Notes under the pieces: generated by a model | Told to the model about the DNA's origin: nothing | The model's database searches: none | The model's input: only the letters and a program-made list of their open reading frames with translations | Program-made: the position numbers and the translations under genes | From: Prorocentrum cordatum | Taxonomy: Eukaryota | NCBI GenBank assembly: GCA_963575745.1 | Contig: CAUYUJ010000256.1 | Location: 1-64,000, forward strand | Length of the DNA stretch: 64,000 nt | Direction of reading: 5' to 3' | In this document: positions 9,209 through 31,875 of the stretch, piece by piece | Layout: each line of letters opens with the position of its first letter | Numbering within the stretch: position 1 is the first letter of the stretch

Positions 9209-12200
9209 GGCCCACGGGGGCCCCGCGGACCTAGCGGCCAAGGCCGACGAGGGCCCCGGCGGGCCTGGGCGGGCCTGGCGACGGCCCTCCCGGAATGAAT
9301 GCCCCCCCTTATCCTTCCTCGGGCGACGTGCCTCGGGCTCCGCCTGGCTTTGTCGCTTCCTCTCCCCTTCCCCCGTCTGCCCCAGCCCGCGCGCGCAGGG
9401 TGAGTTTTCTGGCGGTGGCCCGCGCTCTGGCCCCGAACGGCCGCGGCGAGTTGCCCGCGGGGAAAACTGGGGTGCCCGCGCGCGCGGGCACGAAGGGCCC
9501 ATCTCTAACCCTCGATCTGGCCGCCCTCGGCCGCCACCAGGCGCTGGCACCGCTTCTTCATGCCCCCGATGCTCTTGCTCACCATGTCCGAGGGAATGCT
9601 CTTGGCCGTGCGCTTGAGGCGCCGGATGAAAGCGGCGCGGGTCTCGCGCTTGCCCGCGGGGAACGCGCGCTCTCCCGCGCGCGCATAAGCGCCGAGTTCA
9701 CGCTCCCGCCACAGCCAGTAGTTCGCACACGTTCATGCTGCGGACTGTGGCATGGATCTCGAACGCCTGGATGCCGGCGCGCTGCTGCGTGCAGCTTGCA
9801 CGCCCTTGCTGGCCGTTGAAAACAAGCCGGACGGTCGTTGTCCCGAGGACGCGGAGCGCTTCGTCCCAGGGGCCTCCGCCTTGGGGTGGTGGGGGGGTGG
9901 TGGGGAGGTGGGGCGTGAGGGGGGGGGTTGTGTGGGGGGGGGAACGCCTGGAGAATCGGGCCCTCGTAGATCCGGCGGCGCCTCGGAGAGCATTCGCAAT
10001 TCCCCTGGATCTCCATCCACACCAGCACCTTCGCCCCGCTTGCCGGCCAAAATGTTGCACCCCTACCAGACCCGTGTTGTAACTCAAACTTCGATTGGGC
10101 TTCACGTAGCCAGCGTTCAGGCCCTCGCCTGGGCGGCGGATGACGCCCCGCGTGCCCGACTGGGCCACGTGGCGACGCGCCCTGCCCGTGAGCAGGACGG
10201 GGAAGAACTTCACGTCGATGTGCATATGCACGTGCGACTGCCACCACGACACGGGCTTCCCCTGGTACTTCTCCCCGAACTCGAGGCGGCCCTGGATGTC
10301 CTCGTCCGTCAGCAGGGGCTTGTGGCGCATGGCGTAGAAGCGGTACCCTTTCTCGTGGAGCCTGCGCGCAATGGTGGCCTCCGAGGCCTTGCACCGCGAA
10401 CTGGTCTTCAGCATGCGCCAGGTCACCTCGTACTCTCCGTTGGCCTTCTTGATCAACCTCTCCAGGTGGTTGATGAGATTGGCCACTTGAGCCTCGCTGA
10501 GGACATTCTTACGGCCAGTGGTCTTCTTCAGGAAGTTGTCCTTGATGAGGCGGGTGATGGAGGACTTGTCGCAATACAGATTCGCCGCGATGTCGCTGGG
10601 CGCCATGTCGCCGTTGGTGTACCACTCCTGGGCCAAGCGAATCTCCTCCGCGGTCATCGGCGCCCCGGGCATGGCTGGGCGGCGGGCGCGGCGCGCGGGG
10701 ATACACGGCCTGGCGGGGCCGCGCACGCGGGTCTTAAAGGACGGATTGCTGCGCGGATGTATCGGGACTCCCATCAACTCAGGGCATTCGGAAAGTGAGC
10801 GCCTGGCACCGCCACCCCCTGCATTGCCCCGCTGGCTGCCGAATCTGCTGTGGGGTCGGCCGCCTCGTTGTTCGCATCGGTTGCTGCCTCGTCTGCTGCC
10901 TGGGTGGCTGCCTCGTCGCTTGCCTCGTTTGCTGCCTTGTTGGCTGCCTCGCTGGCTGCATGGTTGGCTGCCTCGGTGTTTACCTCGTTTGCTGCCTCGT
11001 TTGCTGCCTTGTTGACTGCCTCGTTGGCAGCCTGCTAAGGTGCCTCGTGTGTTGCCGTGTCGACTGCCTCATTGGCTGCATCGCTGGTCATTTGGGCAAC
11101 GACCTCGCGGGCTGCAGTGGCAACGAACTTTCCCTTCCACCTGGCCATGGTCCGTCCTACTCTGTTCCTTCCCCAACTTGCACCTCGGGAGTCGTATTTC
11201 TCCCCGAGAGACGTGGGCACGGTGGCCCGTTCGGCCGCCTCGTGGCGACCTGCCACCGCCAGTCGCTACCCGTCGCCGCCCATCGTTTGCTGAACATAGA
11301 TTGCACTGCATAGACCGCTGACGCTGTAAGATGGATTGCACCACTTCGAGTCCACCACAATAATTTACTTAGCATAGCTTGCACCACATAGACTGCACCG
11401 CAAATAGATTGGCACTACTGAATTTGCTCCACATAGCTTACTTACACCACACAGCATGGAGTCGCATGCTGGCTCTAAATTCAATAGTCATCGGGCCCGC
11501 CCCTCCTGTGCCCTCCTGTGGAGACGGCGACCGGTCTCCGCACGAATCCGCAAGGAACGTATCGGCCGCCACGAACGCAAGGGTTCCTTCTAGAAAAACA
11601 TCCAGCACCCCGACAGTTCTAGGGGGAATGGGCGCCTGTGTTTGCCACCCTGGCCTATCCTCCGCACGACCTTTCCCCCCCGCAATCCCATAATCCTCGT
11701 CCCTCTGCCCGTCCCTCCCACTCCTCCTCCTCCTCCTCCTCCTCCTCCTCCTCCTCCTCCTCCTCCTCCTCCAGTTCCTCCTCCTCCTCCCCCTCCTGCT
11801 CCTCTGCCTCATCCTCATCCTCGCCCTCCATCCTCTATCAACCCTCGATCATCCCCCGAACCTCCATTCTTGATGTAACGTCGAACCTCGATCCTCGATC
11901 CTCGAACGAACCTCGACCCTCAATCCTCGATCAAGCTCCAGTCTCGATCCTCGATCCCCCCTCACACCTCGACCTTCGATCGTCGATCGAACCTCCATCC
12001 GCGATCCTCCGTCAAACCTCGATCTTCGAAGGAATCTTAATCCTCGATCGTCAATCAAACCTCGGTCCTCGATCACGAATCCTTCGTCGCACCTCCATCC
12101 AAGATCCTCGCACGACCTTCCTCCTCCCCTCCACCTCGCATTCCACGATCCTCGTACCCCTGCTCCAGTTCTCTCCACCTCCTCCTCCTCCTCCTCCTCC

Positions 12201-12458
12201 TCCTCCTCCTCCTGCTCCTCCTGCTCCTCCTCCTCCTCCTCCTCGTGCTCCTCCTCCTCCTCCTCCTCCTCCTCACTCTCATCCTCGTCTCTGTCCTCGT
12301 TCCCGTGTCCTCGTCCTCGTCCTCATTATGCTCCTCTTCCTCCTCCTGCCCCTCCTGCTCTTCCGCCTCGTCTCACTCCTCCCCTCATCACTCCACTCAC
12401 CTCCCTTGATGAGGCGTTGGGCGTAAGATGGAAACGTCGAAAGTGTTCAATCCCAAAC

Positions 12459-12461
<3 letters not shown>
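9113..12461 (-). mobile_element. Truncated third unit (unit C) of the composite element
   Basis: Colinear with 828-4180. Homology stops at CCCAAACGTAC, where the (TAC)n tract begins. Confidence 0.85.
9505..10672 (-). pseudogene. Tc1/mariner-type transposase copy 2: N-terminal half intact, frameshifted over ~9670-10100
   Basis: Same protein as copy 1 up to YVKPN, then many small indels and a G-rich patch (~9880-9945) that could be read errors. Confidence 0.8.
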
Positions 12462-22310
<9,849 letters not shown>

Positions 22311-22454
22311 TTGCAAGGTTTCGTGCCCCTCCCAGGCATACAACGTCCACTTCCACTTCCACTACTACAACCACCAGTACCCTCATCCCTCTTTCCTCAC
22401 TACCACTACTGCTAGTACTAATAATAGCCTACCAGTTGCATGGTGTCTTGCCCC

Positions 22455-22640
22455 TCCAGAGAGGCCCCGCCAGAGCGGGCAGGATATCGGAGTACCATAC
22501 TATTCACCAGGTCCTGTGCCCCGTCCACCCCTAGGGAGGCCGCGCCAAAGCGGGCCAGGTATCGGAGTACCAAACTATTTGCAGGGTCCCGTGCCCCCCC
22601 GACCCCTCCAGGCAGGCGCCACCAGAGCGGGCGGGATGGG
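22455..22640 (+). repeat. ~76-bp tandem repeat, about 2.5 copies
   Basis: Recurring CCA(G/A)AGCGGGC...TATCGGAGTACCA(T/A)ACTATT. Confidence 0.6.
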
Positions 22641-22839
22641 AAAAACGTCGACCTGGCCTCGGCGATACGTCGCCGTTGGGTCCGCGATAGGGGCGCGCCT
22701 TCCCTGGCGGTGCGGGCTACATCGGGCCCCGATCGGCGATAAATGGGCGATCGGGGGCTGCTGCCCCCTCAACATTGCCACACCATGCGCCTCCCCCCTC
22801 ACGTTGCCCCCAAAGTTTTCGGGTCCTAGCTCGGATCTC

Positions 22840-23189
22840 CGGCGGCCGTTCGGGACGACCCGGGCACCCCCGCACGCTCTCGGCAAGGCGCAGCCGCCGC
22901 AAGGCACCCTGATAGGCTGGAAAACCGCTGGGAACGGACGAAGACGTCCGAAAGCGTAGTCCCTCGAACCTCGGAAGCTCCCCCCACCTCTGAGCAGGTC
23001 CCCCCGAAAGCCTCGGACATCGACGACGACGACGGCAACAACGACGACGAACGACGACGGAACACGAAAACAACGACGAACGACGAAAGGCCAACGACGA
23101 ACGACGAACGACGACGAACGACGAACGACGAACGACGAACGACTGACGACGAACGACGAACGACGAACGACGAACGACGGACGACGACG

Positions 23190-23250
<61 letters not shown>
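22840..23250 (+). mobile_element. Dispersed repeat ending in a (GAC)n tail; SINE-like candidate
   Basis: Shares GGCGGCCGT..GGGACG, CGCTCTCGGC.AGGCGC, AGGCTGGAAAACCGC and CCTCGAACCTCGGA with ~36365-36570; both copies run into TCGACGACGAC. Confidence 0.55.
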
Positions 23251-23251
<1 letters not shown>

Positions 23252-23610
23252 GCGCGGGCGCGCCTGCCACTGCGCGGGCTCCCGCGGCAGGACGCGCGGG
23301 GCGTCGAAGCTCTGCCAGGCCCTGGGCGCCGCCGCCCGCCTCCGGGCTCCACCCCGCGACCCCGACCTGCGGGCCCCGGGAGAGCCCCCAAGCGGCGGCG
23401 GGCCCCAAGGGGGGGGGGGGGGAACGTGAGAGAAGGAGGCCCAGACCCCCTCGCGCTGCGACAAGATCCTCCCCCTCCTCCCCCTCCTCCTCCTCCTCCT
23501 GCTGCTCCTCCTGCTGCTCCTCCTGCTCCTCCTCCTCCTCCTCCTCCTCCTGCTCCTCCTCCTTCGCCTCCTTCTCCTCCTCCGCCTTCTCCTCCTCCTC
23601 CCTCCGCTCT

Positions 23611-23818
23611 CGGCGGCGAGCGAGGGGGGAAGTGATAAGAAGAAGAAGAAGAAGAAGGCCTTCTCAAAAGGCAACGGGGCTTCTCAGAAGGCCACCGGCC
23701 TTCGGAGAGATTTTCTGCGTCTTCGAGAAAGGCTTTGGAACCTTCTCAGAAGGCCGGGGGACTGCCGAGCCTTCCGAGAAGGCCCGCCCCTTCTCACTTG
23801 CCCCCTCGCTCGCCGCCG
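23611..23818. mobile_element. MITE-like element with ~18-bp terminal inverted repeats
   Basis: CGGCGGCGAGCGAGGGGG ... CCCCCTCGCTCGCCGCCG, with internal GAAGGCCTTC/TTCTCAGAA motifs; diverged relative at 38059-38237. Confidence 0.7.
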
Positions 23819-24662
23819 ACAGGTGGCCCAAGAGAGCAGGGGCCCTCCCCCAGGATGCACAAGAGCACCCAGCAAACACGAAGAACAGTAGGGCACCCTC
23901 CCCGAACCGACCTCGATCTTATACCTCGGCCCGACCGTACTGTCATTTAGTACGGATGCGCGGTAAGGATGCAAGGGCCTTGGAAGGTAATGTTGACGTT
24001 TTGAGAGCGGGGCGTGGCCAGCGAAAGCGGCCAAGGATGGGCCGAAGGGGAAGGATGCAAGGGTAACCTTGGAAAGTCGCTCGTCCTTACTATGCTGGCT
24101 GACTGCAGCCCCAGAGAGCCCCCAAGGGGGTCCCCCAAGGGAGGCCCAGACGGGCGACGAACCGAAAGGGGCCCTGCGCGAGATGGCATGGCGACCTCGC
24201 GCCGCAGCTTACGCGGGCCGCCAGCGCGGCACGCTGCACTGGAGACGAGGGCGCTCACGCGCGGCCTCACGCGGGCAGCTTCCGCGCGAATGTTGACGCA
24301 GCTGGACCTGGCCTTCTTCGTCGCCAAAATGCGAGGGGGCCCCACACGAAAACTAGACACGAATCCAAGGATTCCACGTGTTTTCCTACATATTATGGGT
24401 GTTGGTTTTCCCCCCCCCCCCCCTTCCTGTATTTTCCCAGATTCCTGGGAGTCGACGAGCAATTGTGTCTGTGTGATTCTCCCTCCTGAAAATGGACTGG
24501 AAAGAATACCAGCGAAAAAGCCACAAGAGGACCCCAGTGGTCGCCCCCCAGTGTTCCTGCAGCGACTGCCCGCGAAGCGCTCGGGGAGCACGCAGGCCCC
24601 CAGCACAGCTGCACCCTCGCTCGACACTGCACCGCGCAGGCGCTTCCGAAAGGCAGCAGGCA

Positions 24663-24724
<62 letters not shown>

Positions 24725-26108
24725 CCTCCTCCCCTCATCCTCCCCCGCCTCCGTCCCAGGAGGGCCGCTCGCAGACTGTATGAAGGGGCCCTGGGACACA
24801 CAAATAAATACACACAAATAAAAAGATTCCCCATAGTTTCATGTATTTTCTGGGTTTTTGTCTTCCCGCCCAATTCCCATATTTTCCCATATTTTCCAGG
24901 GAATCGACGGTTAATTATGTGTGTGTGTGTTCCCCTCCTGACTGTAGGGGGCCTCGTGCCGTGCCTCCGCTGGCGCGCGGGGAGCCGCGCTCGCCCGACG
25001 AGGACTATTCCTCCTCCGCCGCCTCCGCCCGCCGGGGGCGTCTTCGAGAGAAGGAATAGCTCGGCGGAAGGACGAAAACGCCAGCATGCGCCTGCGCTCC
25101 CAGGACCAGTCCCCGCGCGCGGGGTCGGATTGTGCGAACGTCGCAGGTGCCCCAAAACCGTTGGCCCACACTCCAGACAATTGACTCGACCTAGGTCATC
25201 AGAACTTCGCCTCGGCGACAGCTCTCTAAACCGAATGCGTGACTGCTTGCTCACGTGTTTTGTGGCTTGTGTGTTAGGGCTTGGGAAATCCCGCTGCGGC
25301 ATGTGTTTCCTATTGTTGGCAACGCTTGGTCGTCAACGCCTCCTGGTCCTCAACTCTAGCAGGTTGTTTTGAGTTCTGCATCATGCTGCTTATCTTCGCC
25401 TGTTTGTCTATGTTACGTGCTCCACTCGTGCGACGGATGTTCTTGGCAAGGGTTCATTGGACAAGAAACCAAAGACCATCACAACGGCCAAAATCCCTTG
25501 ACCGTGTAGGGGGAGGGGGGGAGATCAGGACTCGACCCGAACATTGACCCTGGCGCCCCCTCAGAAGACGCAGACGCCCCGGGATCTTGCCCTCCGACCA
25601 ACTCTTCTCAATCAATGCCCCCGCCGTGCGCATGCTCGAACTCTCCCGTCCGATGGCACGATGGCACATGTGCCGCGTAGGCGTCACACATGTGTTGGGC
25701 GCAGCATCCCCTTCCGTACTTCTCCTTCGCTCGGCGTGCCCCGCTCTCTTCTGCGCCTGCGTCCCGCTGGCATGAACTCCGCCTTCTCTCCTTTGCGCCT
25801 GCCCGCGCCTGCGTCCGCACCCACCGTGGCCCAAGCGGCTCGCGCTGAGTAGCCCTGCAGGCATTCGCGAGGCGTCGACGGCCCGGCCCCTTTCAGCGCC
25901 GGCACCCCGCGCGGCCCAAGCGGCTCGCGCGGAGTGGCGCCCTTTGGGCCTCGGGCATGGCTCGACGGGGCTCCCGAGGCTGGGCAAGGGAGCCCCGGCG
26001 TGCGACTCCAGACCTGCAGTGCACGTGGACACTGCTGCATCCGCCGGCCGGCCTCTCGATACCCCTTGGCCGCTGCTAGTGCTTGCTCTGGGCGGGCGCC
26101 TTCCTCAC

Positions 26109-27683
26109 CTGCGGGAAGTCCTCGGCAACGAGGGCCGCAGTGTCACTCCAGTCCTGCCTCTGGCAAATCCTCCTCAGGAACATGCCTGCCTCTTCGTTGG
26201 GGCGCCGATTCCCTGGCGTCATCACGTTGCACATCGCGACGGCATCATCGTACCTCTTGAGCTTGACGCAGCAAAACACTGCGTCGTGATAGGTGGCGCG
26301 GTAGGGGCTGATCTGCGCCTCAAGCATCTCATTGAAAAGGGCCAGTGCCTCCTCCAGCTTGTCGTTGGCGACGCAAGCCCTGACCACTATCTGATAGGTT
26401 TGGGCGTTTGGCTCCACCCGCAGGCTAGGCCCGTCCTTGAGCAGCTGCATGGCCTTGTCCATCCTGCCGAGCTCGCAGTAGGCGGTGAGAGCCGCGTTGA
26501 AGTGCACCCGGTCGGGGCGGACTCCCCGCTCGGTGAGCTCGTCGTAGAGCGTCAGCGCGAATGCGGGGTCGCTCCACTGGTACGCGGACATGATGCAGCG
26601 GTACGCCGTCCAGCTGAGGATGATGCCCTCCTCCAGAGAGCAGAAAACAGCCAGGTCTACGGAAACAAACAGTGGCATAGACTTTGAACTCAGATGTCCG
26701 CGCGGATTGCTCGGATCGGCGCTGGACCCCCCTCCCTGGCGTGCGGAGCGCGCCAGGGGCAGCGCCGAAGGCGCCGCCAGGGGGCCCCAGCGCCAATCCG
26801 AGAAATCCGCGCGGACCTCCGAGTTTTTGATGCTCCTGCCAAGGATTGTTCCCCTGAGGCCAGCCCTGGGCTCCGAAGGGAGCCGCTTGGGTGCCACCAG
26901 GGCCGCCCCGGCAGTGCCCTGACCCAGCAGCCGTGGAACGGCCGCCTCGTGGCCACAGCGGATCGGGCCTCCAGGGCCTCGGGGCGCCAAGGCTCCAGGC
27001 GGACTGGGCCGACCCGAGCGCTGACCGGTTTCTTCCCGATGGCCCTTTCCCGATGGAGGAGGAGGAGGAGGAGGAGGAGGAGGAGGTGGAGGAGGAGGAG
27101 GAGGAGGAAGAGGAGCAGGAGGAAGAGGAGGAGGAGGAGGACCCGATCCTCCCTCATCTTGACGAAGTACGCCACGACGTGCTCTGGAAGCTTGCTCCTC
27201 CACGCGACGATCAAGTGGTCCTGGGCACCGACCGCGGGCGAGAGCCCGTGTGCCCGGATCGCGTCGAGGAGCCGGAGGCCATCTTGCCGCATGCGCTCGT
27301 CGCCGATGCTGTGCACGACGAGCTTGAAGAACCTGACGGCGGTGCGCCGGTCGATCGCGTGCTGGGAGTCCGCCACCCCCTCGGCGGCGGCGCGCACAAG
27401 GAGGTAGCGCGAGGGGTGGTGCACAAGAAGGAGGCGGGGGAGCTTCCGAGGGGGAGGGAGCCTTCTTGGCAGCCTCCAGGCCCCTCTGAGAAAGTCCCTG
27501 CCTTCTCAGAAGATCCTCGCCGCCTCCTTAGAAGCCCCTTCCCCCCCCTCGCGCCACGCCCTTGTGCGCACCGCCGGCCTTGGTGAGCATCACGTCGAAG
27601 ATCTCCAGCGCGGTCTCCGCCAGGTTGCGCTTGTTGCAGACGTCCATCGCCACAGCGAACGACGTGACGGTGGGGCTCGCGTC
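26109..27683 (-). CDS. Spliced pentatricopeptide-repeat (PPR) protein, internal exons
   Basis: Exons 27683-27579, 27379-27149 and ~26627-26109 join in frame with GC, GA and GT donors. PPR motifs include GVRPDRVHFNAALTAYCELGRMDKAMQLL and VEPNAQTYQIVVRACVANDKLEEALALFNEM. Possible further exons at 25854-25809 and 24307-24267 are tentative; the 5' end was not located. Confidence 0.85.
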
Positions 27684-28756
27684 CTGCCAGAGCCGACGGC
27701 AGGGTGGGAGGCAGGGAGCGGCCGGGGCACGAGGGTCGCGCGATCTTGCGCCCTGCGCGCGCGCCTGCAGTGTCTGCGCGCGGGAGCCGTGCCTCAGCGT
27801 CGGGAAGCGCGCTTCGAAGGGGGCCGGGGCAGGGAACGCGAGGACGTCTGGCCCCCACGGGGGCCCAAAGTCTGGCCGATATCGGCGCGCCCCCACGGCA
27901 ACGCGGACCCCAGCGTCCTGTAGATGATGGAGCTCCGCCGAGGTGTCCGCCAGCGCCTTCACGGCCGAATCCGAAATAATCGGATGACGCCAGCACTGAA
28001 CTCTGGTAAATGCTATGGGGGTGCTGCGTTCACTTCCGCGCGGGCTTCCGCCAGACCCCTGCCAGGCTTCACACGCGGCAGATGGAGCCGCCGTCGTTTT
28101 ACTTTACGCTCGCTGGCTTCTAAGGGCGTTCCGCTAGCTTCTGCTGGGGGAAGAGGGCGAGTTTCATCCCTCGCTCCCTTGACGAAGAGCATGTCTTGAA
28201 CGACTCGTAAAAATATCTGAGACGGCTCTTCCCCCCAGTCCTGCTGGCAGGAGCCAGCGCTAGGCCACCTCAAACCCCCAGCCGGCTCCAAGGGCAATTT
28301 CTTTCCCGACGCTCGGAGGCGGGCCAGCACAGACAGTCAAAACGGATAGCTAGGATGCGCGATAACGATGAAGACCCTTGGACGCCCATGTCGAAGCTTT
28401 TCGAGCGGGGCTGACCGTCAACAGTGGTTAAGGATGGACCGAAGAGGCAAGGATACCGGGGTGCCGTTGGGAAGGTTACCCGTGCTTATCTTCGATTCCA
28501 GCGTCAGCTCCTTGCTCCCGGCTGCTCATCTTGCCCAGGTCCCTTCAGGCAAGTGACCCATTCTGCAAGAGTCCCTTGGGATGGTTATCTATCCTGCTCC
28601 TCATCCTGCAATGGTACCCTTCAGAAGAAAAATAAAACGCATGAAAAGAAAACTTCGATGGTCCGCGTGGAGTTCTTGGATCTGCGCCAAGGGGGGGCCA
28701 AAGGCGCCCCCAGGGGGCCCCAGCGACGATCCGAGGAATCCACGTGAAACTTCCGA

Positions 28757-29218
28757 ATATATATATATATATATATATACATATATACATATATATACAT
28801 ATATATAATTTTATGTATGTGAGTGAGTGAGTGAGTGAGTGAGTGAGTGAGTGAGTGAGTGCATGTGTGTATGTGTGTACGTGTGTATGTGTGTATGTGT
28901 GTGTATGTGTGTGCGTGTGCGTGTGCGTGTGCGTGTGCGTGTGCGTGTGCGTGTGCGTGTGCGAATGGGTGTGTGGGTGTGGGTGCGGGTGTGGGTGTGG
29001 GTGTGGGTGTGGGTGTGGGTGTGGGTGTGGGTGTGGGTGTGGGTGGTGTGGGTGTGGGTGTGGGTGTGGGGTGTGGGGTGTGGGGTGTGGGGTGTGCGTG
29101 TGCGTGTGCGTGTGCGTGTGCGTGCGCGTCTCCGCGTGCGCGTGCGCGTGCGCGTGCGTGTGCGTGTGCGTGTGCGTGTGCGTGTGCGTGTGCGACTGCG
29201 CGTGCGTCTGCGTGTGTG

Positions 29219-29250
<32 letters not shown>

Positions 29251-31410
29251 TCTGTGCGCCTGTGCGTCTGTGTGTCTGTGTGTCTGTGTCTGTGTGTCTG
29301 TGTGTCTGTGTGTCTGTGTGTCTGTGTGTCTGTGTGCCTGTGTGTCTGTGTGTCTGTGTGTCTGTGTGTCTGTGTGTCTGTGTGTCTGTGTGTCTGTGTG
29401 TCTTTGTGTCTGTGTGTCTGTGTGTCTGTGTGTCTGTGCGTCGTTGTGTCTGTCTGTGTGTCTGTCTGTAAGTCTGTCTGTGTGTCTGCCTGTGTGTCTG
29501 TCTGTGTGTCTGTTTGTGTGTCTGTCGGCGTGTCTTCCTGTGTGTCTGTATGTATGTCTGCCTGTGTGTCTGTCTGTGTGTCTGTCTGCGTGTCTGTCTG
29601 TGTGTCTGTCTGTGTCTGTCTGTGTGTCTGTCTGTGTGCCTGTCTGTGTGCCTGTCTGTGTGTCTGTATGTGTCTGTGTCCGTGTCTGTATATGTGTCTG
29701 TGTCTGTGTCTGTGTCTGTGTCTGTGTCGGTGTCTGTGTCTGTGGCTGTGTCTGTGTCTGTGGCTGTGGCTGTTTCCGTGTCCGTGTCTGTGTCTGTGTC
29801 TGTGTCTGCGTCTGTGTCTGTGTCTGTGTCTTGTGGTGTGTTGTGTTCTGTTCTGTTCTGCTCTGATCTGTTCTGGTATGTTGTGTTGTGTTCTGTTGTG
29901 GTGTGTTGCGTTGTGCTGTGCTGTGCTGTGCTGTGTTGTGTTGTGTTGTGCTGTGGTGTGGTGTGGTGTGGTGTGCTGTGGTGTGTTGTGCTGTGTCGTG
30001 TCGTGTTGTGTTGTGGTGTGTTGTGTTGTATTGTGGTGTGGTGCGGTGTGTTGTGTTGTGCTGTGTTGTGGTTGGGTTGCGTTGCGCGCGCGAGAGCGTG
30101 CGTGCGTGCGTGCGTGCGTGCGTGAGGGCGTGCGTGTGTGTGTGTGTGTGTGTGCGTGCTTGTGTGTGTGTGTCTGTGTGTGCGGGGTGGTGGGGTGGGG
30201 AGGTGATGTGTGTGGTGTGAATGGTGTGCGTGGGGTGTGTGTGTGTGTGCGTGTGCGTGTGTGTGTGCGTGTGCGTGTGCGTGTGCGTGTGCGTGTGCGT
30301 GCGCGTGTGCGTGCGCGTGCGCGTGCGCGTGCGCGTGCGCGTGCGCGTGCGCGTGCGCGTGCGCGTGCGCGTGTGCGTGTGCGTGTGCGTGTGCGTGTGC
30401 GTGTGCGTGTGCGTGTGCGTGTGCGTGTGCGTGTGCGTGTGCGTGTGCGTGTGCGTGTGCGTGTGCGTGTGCGTGTGCGTGTGCGTGTGCGTGTGCGTGT
30501 GCGTGTGCGTGTGCGTGTGCGTGTGCGTGTGCGTGTGCGTGTGCGTGTGCGTGTGCGTGTGCGTGTGCGTGTGCGTGTGCGTGTGCGTGTGCGTGTGCGT
30601 GTGCGTGTGCGTGTGCGTGTGCGTGTGCGTGTGCGTGTGCGTGTGCGTGTGCGTGTGCGTGTGCGTGTGCGTGTGCGTGTGTGCGTGTGCGTGTGCGTGT
30701 GCGTGTGCGTGTGCGTGTGCGTGTGCGTGTGCGTGTGGTGCGTGCGTGCGTGCGAGCGTGCGCGTGCGCGTGCGCGTGCGCGTGCGCGTGCGCGTGTGCG
30801 CGTGTGCGCGTGTGCGCGTGCGTGTGCGTGTGCGTGTGCGTGTGCGTGTGCGTGTGCGTGTGCGTGTGCGTGTGGGTGTGGGTGTGGGTGTGGGCATGGG
30901 GGTGGGTGTGGATCTGGGTGTGGGTGTGGGTGTGGGTGTGGGTGTGGGTGTGGGTGTGGATCTGGGTCTGGGTGTGGGTGTGGATCTGGGTCTGGGTCTG
31001 GTTGTGGGTGTGGGTGTGGGTGTGGGTGTGGGTGTGGGTGTGCGTGTGGGTCTGGTTGTGGGTGTGGGTGTGGGTGTGGATCTGGGTCTGGGTCTGGGTG
31101 TGCGTGTGGGTGTGGGTGTGTGGGTGTGGGTGGATGTGTGTGTGTGTGCGGGTGTGGGTGTGGGTGTGGGTGTGGGTGGGTGTGGGTGTGGGTGTGGGCG
31201 TTTGCGTGTGTGTGTGGGTGGGTGTGGGGGGGGGTGGGGGTGTGTGGGTGTGTAGGTGTGTGGGGTGGGTGTGTGTGGGTGTGGGTGTGTGTGGTTGTGT
31301 GGGTGTGGGTGTGTGGGTGTGTGTGTGTGTGGGTGTGTGGGTGTGTGGGTGTGTGGGTGTGTGTGTGTCTGTGAGTGTGTGTGTGTGAGTGTGTGAGTGT
31401 GTGTGTCTGT
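28757..31410 (+). repeat. Compound (AT)n then GT-rich microsatellite block (GTGA, GTGTGC, GTGTGG, GTGTCT, GTTGT units)
   Basis: Directly visible. Confidence 0.95.
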
Positions 31411-31574
31411 CATTGTACGTTTCTCTATACCCATCCTTATCATCGATATCGGCTGTATCTCCCTGCTCGCAGACCCCCCACGTCGCGATTTTGTTCACAA
31501 CGTTGACCCCTTCCGGACCGGTTTCTCGTGCCGAGTCGTTTTCTGACGGCCCCGAGGCCCGATCAGGGCCCCTG

Positions 31575-31875
31575 GAAGCCGAAAACAGCGAAAAACCTCC
31601 CGTCGTGATTTCTGTCACAACGCGAGGGGGTCTGGGATTGTAACTCCTACAATCCGTAAATAGCGAAAGACCTCCCGTCGTGATTTCTTGACAGCGCGAA
31701 GGGGTCTGGACTGTAGCTCCCGGAGGCCGAAAATAATGAAAAACCTCCCGTCGTGATTTTGTTTCACAGCGCGAAGGGGACTGGGACTGTAGCTCCCAGA
31801 AGCCGAACACAGCGAAAAGCCTTCCGTCTTGATTTTTGTCCCACAGCGCGAGGGGGTCTGGGACTGTACCTCCCT
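31575..31875 (+). repeat. ~75-bp minisatellite, about 4 copies
   Basis: The CCT(C/T)CCGTC(G/T)TGATTT core occurs at 31596, 31671, 31744 and 31820; duplicated at ~52190-52490. Confidence 0.8.

Noticed and set aside
27920..28620. Upstream exons of the PPR gene
   Set aside because: A possible GA donor lies near 27917, but no PPR similarity or consistent open frame could be established.
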